Shown: piece after piece, positions 51,702-64,000 of the stretch
Numbering within the stretch: the stretch's first letter is position 1
Layout: the number at the start of each line of letters is the position of its first letter
NCBI RefSeq assembly: GCF_009914755.1
Contig: NC_060925.1
Reading direction: 5' to 3' (one strand)
DNA length: 64,000 nt
From: the human T2T-CHM13v2.0 reference genome, Homo sapiens
Notes under the pieces: generated by a model
Databases searched by the model: none
What the model was told of the DNA's origin: nothing
What the model saw: only the letters and a program-made list of their open reading frames with translations
Translations under genes and position numbers: made by a program

Positions 51702-52956
51702 TTATCTGCTCTGTCATAACCATTTTTCCCACCAAACCACTCACCCCATCACTCTCTTTAAATTAGTCGGAATTAGTTTAGCCTGTGCAGTCTAACCCTA
51801 GCCAACAGGGGAACGACACAGCAGCAGGCGCCACGGGCGTCAGGGATGAGAACCCCTCCCTTGTCCAAGTGTGTGCTCACCATTGCTCCATCTGTAAGGG
51901 CGCACCCTTCTATAGAAGTAACTTGCCTTGCTGAGAATTAAAAAAGACAATTTTATATTCGAGTGCTATTTCTTTTGCGGCACCAAAACTTTATTTATAA
52001 CACCTGGATAATTAAATATTCATTAGCTATAATTTCTTTAAATAGCTAAAAATTTGTAGACTTTTTAAACTTTTTTGGTTTCTTAAACCACTGCCTTCTA
52101 CAGTTTTTACAAGAGCACCAAACTCAGTCATTATAGAACTATTCTTCACAATGAGATAATGATCCTGTGGTCTTAACTGTCCTAATAATGCATCATGGCC
52201 TAATACGTAATAGAGATGTGTTGTTTTGATAATATCCCTTACTAGCAGGCATGATTAGACAGCTCTAGTAGGAGGTATGCTGGAAAATTACTTGTATAAT
52301 TAATCAGAAGCCAGCCTAGGCCTGAATATTCCTCTGCTTATAGGTTACCCATTGCCTAATTATACCCTCTTTAATTTTAGTGAGTTCAAGCTTCTCCTTT
52401 TGTTGCTCAAGGGGGTTATTTGGGAGTGTGTTAACACAGAAACTGTTGCACAGTATTTTAATGAGGTTGTGTGGTGGCTCAGGTAACAAGATGAGGTTAT
52501 ACAATTTATCAAAAGTTTGGTTGAACTGAATAATTTTTAATGTCTAAAATTTATTGAATGTTGTTTAGTTGTAGGGCGATGAATAATCATAACCATGTTC
52601 TCATTTTAATGAACATATAAGTATTTGACTATCAAGTAAAAACAATATAATAAAATATATTTCAGCAGTTCCATGATGCGATCACTAATCTAATTTGATA
52701 TTTATAAAAGTTATGTGAATTAGGCAGTCACATCTTATTGGCCACTTTGCCTAAAATCTGTTAAATTTTACCTTGCTCAATACCACATGACAATAAAGAG
52801 AGCTAAAACTAAAATCCACATTAGATATCCTACAAAATACATCAATAAGATAATATGTGATTATAATATCTTCAGTCTTCTTCTAGTCTCATCCCTGTGC
52901 CATCACCATCAAGGATCCAATGAATGGTTATTAATGCTATCTTTTCAAGGGGTTCT

Positions 52957-53460
52957 GTGATGGTTAATTTTAGGTGACAACTTTACCCAGACATTTGATT
53001 AAACATTACACTGAATGTGTCTCTGAGGGTGTTTTCTGGATGAGATTAGTATTTGAATTAGTAGACTGAGTGAAGATTGCTCTCCCCAGCATAAAGGAGA
53101 ATCATTCAATTGGCTGAGGGTCTGAATAGAACAAAATGTGGGATAGGGGACAATTTGCTCTCTCTACTGAATGTTTTTAGTGTGGGACATTGGTCTTTTC
53201 CTACCCTTGAGCTAGAACTTACATCATTGGTTCTCCATGCTCTCAGGTCTTTGAACTTGAACTGGAACTACACAATAGACTTTCCCCGGTCTGCAGCTTA
53301 CAGACAGCAGATAGTGGGCCTTCTCAGCCCCCATAATCACTTAAACTGAATCCTTATCATCTCACTCTCTCTCCTCTTTCTTTCTCTCTTTTTATGGGTT
53401 GGTGTGTGTGTTTGTATCTCCTATTGGTTCTGTTTCTCTGGAGAGCGCTGATTAAAACTT
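52957..53460 (+). mobile_element. MLT2 (B/D-like) HERV-L solo LTR
   Basis: Starts tgtgatggttaattttaggtgacaact and ends ctcctattggttctgtttctctggagagcgctga. Confidence 0.85.
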
Positions 53461-54859
53461 TGGTATAGCAAGATTTATAACTGCATCAATACATTTTTTA
53501 TTGTTCTTTAAAAAAACAGGTAATTGAAGTTTATGTTTTAAAAATAGTCTCAAGAGATGAAGGAAATCACACTTTACTAAAGGAAAAGTTAGAGCCAAAA
53601 AATATAACAAATGAAGTTTATTATGCAATTATATGCAATTATACTGCCATTCAAGCCAGTTATTTCATGAGTTTTGAAAGAGAATGGGAGAGACTAATAG
53701 GTTAAAAAGTTTTCTGTGTGCTTGACTTCTTTATTCCTTCTTATAAACTATTATTGTTATTATAATGAAACATTCTGAGAAAGATTGTAAGGCATTTCTT
53801 TATAACTGTGTGAAAACAGTAAATTCAAATTTAGTTATAAAATTCTGATTAGCAATACAGAATTTTTGAAAATGTGTATTCAATTTGAAAAATCGAAATA
53901 TAACACAACATATTAACAAACTGAATGGTTTTATTCTTTAACAGTGAGAATAGACTTGTGAAGAGTGTGACATGACATCAATGGAAAGGCAGAAGTTTTA
54001 GATATTGGCAAAAGTATACATACATCTAGCAATGAAAGATTTAGCAACAAAATGCATGAGATTAAAGAATAGAGAAGGGTCTATTTATTGTTATATAAAA
54101 TACTTTTATCTTTAATAAAAGTTTGGTATGTTAGATTATGAGGTTACATAAAAGATTTGTGAAAATTCAATGTGAATTCAGAACAATTAATATTTGATTT
54201 TTAATAATATAATAGGAGTCCTAGACACATCTTATATGGGATCTGGAGAAAGCTTATTCTTACAGAGACTATAAAAGGCTCAGTTAGAATGTCAGCTAGA
54301 TAATAGAGTGCGAAGAGTTACTGTACATCAGGGATGCATATCTTTTGTGTTAGACACTGTTTAGAATGCCTCAATATTTTCAAAGGTAATATGGGAAAAT
54401 GATTTTAAGAATGACACAGAAATGCACTGAAAAAAAGTACTAGAATAGTAACTACTGCACAAAGAAGTAAAATTAAAGCTGCCAAAATTCAATACATTTC
54501 ACCAGTTGAAAAAGTGCCCCTTTAAAAGCTTATTGCTTAATTTTGAAGCAATTGGTATTCCTTATGGAAGTTAAATAAAAAATAAAATTACTAGTTCTGG
54601 CATTGCAACTTCACTCAGAAATTCTTGAAGTAGAGTTAAGTAGACATCATTGTTATGGCTATTCTTTTATGTATTCTGAATGGCATGCCAACCATTTCTG
54701 ATGGAGTTGTTCATCATAAAATAGAGCATATAGACTCACAGATTTGGTAAGTCAAATCCTGTTATAACAATATTGACCAGTCCAGGAGAAAAGAATGGCC
54801 TACCTTGATTTATTAAGGAATATGACTGTAGGTTGTAAAACTTTCCCATATTGCTAATA

Positions 54860-55910
54860 TTTTCTACAAATCATTAATGGTCTGTTTATTTTTTCTTTCT
54901 CTTCTTTATGCTTCATGTTGGAATTCTATTACTGTGTATTCAAGTTCAGTGGCCTTTACTTCTCCAGTGAATTACCTGCAATTCATTCCATACAGTGTCT
55001 TTTAAATTATAGATAATGTATATTTCATTACTGGAAGTTCCATTTGAGTTTTCTTTTCATCTTCCATTTCTCTCTTCATGTTCATATCTTTCATTTTGAA
55101 CATGTATATCTTTCCTAGTTACATGTCACATTTTTTATATTTCTACATGCTAGTATTTTTATTGAATGTAAAATATTATAAATTTTACAATTTGCTACTG
55201 ATTTTTAAAAAAATATTTTGCCTTTATTTTGGGACATATTTTATATTCTAAGAATTAGTTTGTTCCTTTAGGGCTTGCTCTTAAGTTTTATTTTTTCGAT
55301 GGCCCTAGTAGTAGACCTAGTAATCTCACTTCTAAACCAATTCCTTCCTAAAGATTCTAAGCAATTTCCTATGGATCAGGAGGTCTTTCTATTGTAGTGG
55401 TAGGAGCATGACTTTTTTTTCTTTCTTTTTTTTTTTGGCTTTAAAATGCTCCAACAAGTGCTCCTCCTTCTCCTTTCTGATTGTTCTTTCTCTGGCTACA
55501 GGTATTTTCCTCACACAAGCTGATAAATTCTAAGCAAAAGACTTAAAGGAACCCTTCTGCATATCTCCAGAGCTCTCTCCTTACACAGCTTCTTCCTTTG
55601 TTGTATTTTTCCACTAAAGTCTAACCATTGTCCTCTGAGAGCTTTGATCACTGTCTCCTCACTGAAGCAGGACTGCTGATTTCTATTTTAGTTTCTCTTC
55701 TCCCTATTGCATCTTGAAAATTATTACTACATACTAAGTAGGACAATCATCCACCTCATCTGCTTTCCTTCTTTTAGGTGTCATTGTCCTGAAATGCCTC
55801 TTTTCTTGTGTCTAAAAACTGTCTTGCATATTGTGACTGATTTTATAGCAGTTAATATGGGAGGGTAAATTCTGCTCCTGCCATTTCTTTGTGGCCAGAA
55901 ATGGAAGTTC
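54860..55910 (-). mobile_element. Ancient L1M (ME/MD-like) 5'/ORF1-region remnant
   Basis: Degenerate antisense L1M motifs (tcaagttca, gaagttccatttg, ggagggtaaattctgctcctg..tggccagaaatggaag). Confidence 0.5.
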
Positions 55911-56719
55911 TTTACCCTCAGATTTTGATGATAAATGTACTTAAATTTTGCCATCGAATGCCTTACAGAGTGTTGAAGTTAATAGGCAAGTGAAGGAATA
56001 GAGTAGCTTTTAGTTTAGGCCTGGGGTTATCACCACTCTAAAACATAAATATGAGTTGAATTTCTAGATCAAAACACGGGCTGGTTAGGTGAGATGGCTG
56101 GCAAGCCTGTGGGTATCAGATAAATACTATGGATAAAGGATAAGTAAAGACAAACATTATTGTGTGAAACCCAGAGAATCACATCTATTACTTGAGGACA
56201 TCTATATGTAGAGTTTAATTTAGTCCATTATTGACTCTGGGTCTAAGAAGTCTATTTGGATTTTTTAGATAAATATTACATCTGTGTAGATCCACCTCAA
56301 ATTTACTTTGAGTGTATATCTTCTACTCTTATGAAATCATAATATTTCAAATGTGGATTTTGTTCTTTCCTACAGACACCAACTACTCAAACTAAGCATA
56401 TGATAATATAATTTATTTAAGAACATTAATAATGATTGAGAAAATGATATAACCAACATTTCTCTTTGGGTCCATAATTGTTCCTGTACATTATATAAAT
56501 AACATTCATATTGATGTTGTGCAGCAGGCAGTTCCTTTATGTGTATTTACAAGCATTCATTCAACACATACTTATTCAGTGCCTGTGTGCCAGATAACTC
56601 TTGAGGTAGTAAAAATACAGTGAAGAAAAAAGAAGACAAAAATCTCTGCCCTATGGCGTTTTAGGAAAATCAGACTATAATAAACAAATGATAAAATAGG
56701 GAAAATAGGGTATGGCAGA

Positions 56720-58150
56720 GACTTCTATTTATAACAATAATGAAGTAAGTGGAAATGGATTTATCCTTTTCATGTAAATACTTTTAAGAAAATATAGAAA
56801 CCAAGAAAGATGTGACTGTGATTATTCAGAGAAAAAATAAATCAATTTAAAATAAATAAATAAATAAAATGACTTTCTACCTGGAAACATTTTACAAATC
56901 TCAGTAAAGGTTTAGGTTTCCACGCAGAGCTTGTTGGTCTGGCTAAGGTGACAAGACAGAGCTCTAAGTTCAGGGAAGTGGAGGTGGTTTCACTTTGTAA
57001 GACAGACTACCTAGAAGAATAGAGTAATATGGAGAAAAAGCTGCAGAATTCTGCACAGGGGCCTCCCTCTAACTGTTACATGCCTCCCTCTCTGTTACTG
57101 AATTCTAGGCAATACATGTATAGGTAGAAACATCATAAGGATAGGGAGAAAATAACTGGGGATATGTGAGATAAAAGTTCCCAGAGAGAACACAGGGTTG
57201 AAAGAAGTTTGCGTTTCAACAATTAAGAGTGGGAAACTCTTACAAAAAATAAGAGATGTTTTTAAAATCCCAAATGATATTTCTAAAAGTAAAAAAGTAC
57301 AATATGTAAAAAGAATTCACTGAGTTGGCTTAATAACAAATATAAAATATTGCTGAATATAAGGATCATAATAGCTAAAGTCAAAGCTATAAGAACTATC
57401 CACATTGAAAAAAAGATTGAGAAAACACACACACACATACACACACTCCCAGAACTTTAGTGAAAACATGGGACAATATTGTTTCATAATAGCTTATTTT
57501 TTTGTTTGTTGAAAACTATAAATTCCCAGATTTAAACAGTTCAGCAAACCTCTGAAAGCATAAAGAAAAGACACTAGTCCTAGGCAGATTATACTCAATT
57601 GATGAAAACAAGGTAAAAACAGAAAAATTTAATGGCAAAACAAATAAAGGATATTTTATGTACAGACAAATAGGAAAAAATAGCATAGTTATCATGACAA
57701 ACTATGCAAGCAGAAAATGGGGCATTTTAAAAAATGAAAATAGAAAAAGTTTGTCAATCTAGAATTTTACAACTAGAGAAGATGGTGTTCAGACATTAAT
57801 GTAAAATAAAGACATTTTCAGAAAAACAAATGGAAGAGAAAACCATTACCAGTAACTTATACTATGAGAAAACTTAAAGCACATTCTTTAATCAGGATAC
57901 CAGGTGAAAATTTGAATCTAGACAAATAGAAAAGGACCACCAAAAGAAGGTAAATATATGGATATAGAGAAAATACATTTTCTACTAAAGAAAACAATTA
58001 TTCTTCTAAATGAACACTAATAAAAAATTTATTATAAATCTATTTTAATGCCAGCTTAGTTTATTTTATATATATATTTAAATGTGTGACACAAATAGCA
58101 CAAAGGATAGGAGGGAGGATGTTGAAAGATACTACTCTTAATTGTCCAAG
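56720..58150 (+). mobile_element. Ancient L1M ORF1-region remnant, continuing at about 60870-61395 and 62806-62833
   Basis: A-rich degenerate ORF1-like motifs (ctaggcagattatactcaattgatgaaaac, tcaatctagaatttta) and later ORF2-like motifs. Confidence 0.5.
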
Positions 58151-58560
58151 ATTGTCTTAGTCTATTCAGGCTGCTATAACAGAATACCATAGACTGGGTG
58201 GTTTACAAACAACAAAAATTTATTTCTCATAGTTCTGAAGACTAGGAATTTCAAGATCAAGATACCAACAGATTTAGTGTCTGGATGGGGCCTGCTTTTT
58301 GGTTCAGAAATGACTGTCTTTTTGCTATGTCCTCACATGGGAGAAGGGGTACACTCATAAGGGTACTAATCCCATTGGTGAAGTCCCCTCTCATGGCTGA
58401 ATTACCTCCCAGAGGCTTCACCACCTAATTCCATCACCTTAGATGTTAGGACTTCAGCATATACATTTTGGGGAGACACAAGCACTCGGAACATAATATT
58501 CCACCCCAGGCCTTCAAAAATTCATGTCCTTCTCACATGCCAAATGCATTGATTTCACAC

Positions 58561-58923
58561 TGCATTAGTCCATTTTCCCACTGCTGATAAAGGCATATCT
58601 GAGACTGAGTAACTTACAAAGAAAAAAGAGGTTTAATAGACTCACAGTTCCACGTGGCTGGGAAGGCGTCACAATCGTGGCGCAGGGCGAAAGGCAGGTC
58701 TCACATAGCCGCAGGCAAGAGATAATGAGAGCCAAGCACAAGGGGTTTTCCCTTATAAAACCATCAGATTTCATGATACTTATTCACTACCATGAGAACA
58801 GTATGGGAGGAACCACCCCCATGATTCAATTATCTCCCATGGGATCCCTCCAACAACACATGGGAATTATGAGAGCTACAATTCAAGACGAGATTTCAGT
58901 GGAGACAGAGGCAAACCATATCA
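58561..58923 (-). mobile_element. THE1B solo LTR
   Basis: tgcattagtccattttcccactgctgataaag...aaaccatatca. Perfect 5-bp TSD cacac at 58556-58560 and 58924-58928. Confidence 0.92.
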
Positions 58924-59488
58924 CACACCAAGAGGTCCAAAAGTTCTAAGATGAGGATATGTTAAGATTTCTGCCTGGTACCTCCTCATATCACCCTTTT
59001 GCTGTACTTGTCAGCTGTCTCAGATATGGCTCCTATAGGCCCAGATGCTGTGTGTACTGTATCTAGCGTAGCTGTGAGGGCATGGCTTCCTTCACCTAGA
59101 TTTCAAATGATGCCACAGACAGCCATGGCTAGGCTTGGGGCCCTAACACAGAACCCCACAGAACAATGCTTAATGGAGTCATGCAGGGAGTGTCACAACT
59201 GAGACCCTAGACTGGTAGAGCCACCTGTATCCACTTCCAGCCAGGAAGGGCAGCAGGCACATGCCCAATCTGTGTGAGCTAGAATGTGAGTGCAGGGACA
59301 CCTGGAGCCTTGTGGCCCAATCCATGCACGGAAAGGCTGTAGGAGTTGTACCCACACCTTAGTGGTTCTGGAAGGCAGGACAGCATTTCCAGTAGCCCTA
59401 GAAAATAGAGCATTGAGCCACAGATTGGTTTTAGACTTGCTCAGAAACTGTCACTACTTTCTCCTTTCTTTTTTCCTATTTCTCCCTT

Positions 59489-59653
59489 TTGAGAGCTTGT
59501 TTGGAGGTTCTAGCAGGGGAGCACAGTTACTCATATGCTCTTGACTGAAGAAAGTCCTCCTCTATTGGGGAGGCCATTCTCATCAACTGAGCACATGGAG
59601 CAGTGAAGAAGAAAGGGGAAACACGCCCAGCTACCCAGATCACCCTCACATCC
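59489..59653 (-). pseudogene. RN7SKP: 7SK snRNA processed pseudogene, 3'-truncated near nt 240, with two internal deletions
   Basis: Minus strand begins GGATGTGAGGGTGATCTGG (7SK 5' end) and ends GCTCCCCTGCTAGAACCTCCAAACAAGCTCTCAA. Degenerate TSD ctattt(c/t)t..ttt on both sides. Confidence 0.93.
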
Positions 59654-60764
59654 CTATTTTTCTGTTTGAGAATGGCAATGTCTATCATAAGCCTGTCCCC
59701 CCACTGAATTTTGGAAGCACATGAAGTTTCATTTTACAGATTCACAGCTCGAGAGCAATTTGCTTTAGGATAAAACATACCTTGAATCTCACTCATATCT
59801 GAATTAGATATTTAAATGAGATGGGACTTTAGACGTTTAAGTTGATGCTGGAATTGGTTAAAACTTTTAGGGCTATTGGGATGGAATGATGTATTTTTTA
59901 TGTGAGAAAGGTAGAAACCTCATGAATGGGATTAGTGCACTTATAAAATAGGCCCAAGGGAGATCATTGACCCCTCCCACTATGGGATGCAATGAGAATG
60001 CACCATCTATTAACCAGAAAAAAGGCCTTCACCAGAACCTATATTTCCCAGAGCCTTGATCTTGGGCTTTCCAGCCTTCAGACCTGTGAGAAACAAATTT
60101 CTGTTGCTCATAAGCTACTCTGTTTATGGTGCTTTGTTAAGGCAGGCTACCAGACTAGGTCAGTGTTCCTAATATCCATAAGAGACTTCATCAGAATAGG
60201 TTCTACCATCCATATTTCTACCAACATTTGGTTTATCATGATTTAAGTATTGTTTAAGAAGATGCTTTGTGTCCAGCCGTGTTCTTTTCTTTTCTTTCTG
60301 AACTCTTATCAGAATCACCTTTAAAAGTCCCTTCACAGAAATATTGGCTTTGTCTAACATGTACTTCAAAACTCTTTCAGCCTCTACCCATTATACAGTT
60401 CTGAATATTCTTCCACATCTTTAGGTATTTGTTATGGTAATACCTCATTTCTTGGAACCAATTTTTGTCTTAATCAGTTCAGGCTACTATAGGAAGGATA
60501 TCATAGTCTGGGTAACTTAGAAACAACATAAATTTATTTTTCACTGTTCTGAACATTCATAAATCCAGGATCAAGGTGCTGGCAGATTAGTGTCCAATGA
60601 GAGCCTTCTTGCTGGTTCATAAACAACTCTCTTTTCACTGTGTCCTCACATGGAAGAAGGGTTAAGGGAATTCCCTTAGTGTCTTTCATAAGGGCACTAT
60701 TCCACTCATTAGGGCTCCATCTCCAGGACCTAAATACTTACCAAGGCCCTACCTTCCTAACCTT

Positions 60765-60844
60765 AGTGGTTAGGATTTCAACAAATGAATTTTGGGAGAG
60801 ACACCAAGTGGTTAGGATTTCAACAGGTGCATTTTGGAGAGACA
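60765..60844. repeat. 42-bp tandem duplication inside the MaLR LTR
   Basis: agtggttaggatttcaaca...ttttgg(g)agagaca occurs at 60765 and 60807. Confidence 0.9.
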
Positions 60845-61395
60845 TAAACATTTAGTCTATAACAAAGACCTATGTAAACTTGTTTAAATTGTGATAGGTT
60901 AAAGGTGCACATTTAAAATAAGATAAATATTGTGAAGCTTGTGTATAATAAGATAAATACTCTGTAGATAAAAGTAAAACTTTGTATTTTTTGTTGACAT
61001 AATTATGTGATTAAAAAACAAAAATATCTATTCAAAAAATTGTTACTGATAAATGAATTTTGTAATACAATATTATACAAGATGAGTAAAAAAAATCTAT
61101 TGTATTTTTATACATCAGCAATGATTAATGGGAAGAGAAAGTTTAGATTTGTCATTTGAAATAGCATCAAAACAGGTAAAGACTTACCTAAATATTTGAC
61201 TCAATGTGTGCAAAGCCTATATTCTGAAAAGTATAAAATATGGCTTTGAGAAATTAAAGAAGTTTCAAATAAATGGGAAACCCCACCGTGTTACTGGATT
61301 GGACAACTAAACATTTTAGTGTTACCATTCTTTCCACATTGATTTAAAGATAAAGAGCAATCCTTTTAATGAAATAAGTTCTTTTGAATAAAATA

Positions 61396-63674
<2,279 letters not shown>

Positions 63675-63728
63675 AATGGAAATGCAAAGGACCAGGAATC
63701 ACCAACATTATTGTTTGAAAAGATAAAT

Positions 63729-64000
63729 GGCCAGATGCAGTGGATCACGCTTGTGATCCCAGCACTTTGGGAGGCTGAGGCAGGCGGATCACCTGAGGTC
63801 AGGAGTTTGAGACCAGCCTGGCCAACATGGTGAAATCTTGTCTCTATTGAAATACAAAATTAGCCAGGCATGGTAGCACATGCCTGTAATCCCAGCTACT
63901 CCAGAGGTTGAAGGAGAATATCTTGAACTCAGGAGGCGAAGGTTGCCATGAGCAGAGATCGCGCCAGTGCACTCCCGGCTGAGCAACAAAGTGAGACTCC
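63729..64000 (+). mobile_element. AluS (Sx-like), running off the window end
   Basis: ggcggatcacctgaggtcaggagtttgagaccagcctggccaacatgg. Confidence 0.92.

Larger units (their letters stand above)
50998..52002 (+). mobile_element. LTR10F-like (HERV-I group, ERV1) solo LTR with expanded VNTR and nested Alu fragment
   Basis: Starts TGTTAGATATGAGTTCTAAATTTCTTTTCAAAGAAT and ends gcggcaccaaaactttatttataaCA. Near-TSD tctg/cctg. Confidence 0.9.
58153..60864 (-). mobile_element. MLT1A/MST-type MaLR provirus (LTRs about 58153-58497 and 60466-60864) with rearranged interior
   Basis: Two homologous LTRs starting tgtctta..ttcaggct.ctata, near-TSD aagat/aagac, MaLR internal sequence between them. Confidence 0.8.

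Overview
This is an AT-rich primate (human-like) intergenic or deep-intronic window made mostly of transposable-element fossils. I found no host protein-coding exon, tRNA, rRNA or CRISPR array, and no evidence for a new multi-gene biological system. Repeat family names come from recalled consensus sequences, not from a search. The content is L1 copies of several ages, about 9 Alu/FLAM insertions (most with recognisable target-site duplications, TSDs), many LTR elements (solo LTR7/HERV-H, full-length THE1, THE1B, MLT1/MST, MLT2A/MLT2, MER21, MER52, LTR10F, a decayed ERVL provirus), hAT DNA transposons (MER1A, MER63, Zaphod-like), L2 and MIR. Four signals stand out. (1) An LTR10F solo LTR carries a 17 x 28-bp VNTR with 15 intact AP-1 sites and a higher-order 6-unit duplication. 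(2) A 7SK retrocopy has lost two internal segments at direct repeats, one covering most of the HEXIM-binding hairpin. (3) A young L1 fragment truncated at both ends keeps an open ORF2 endonuclease domain. (4) Several local template-switch scars are present: fold-back inverted duplications and a 123-bp templated insertion copied from 7.2 kb away.
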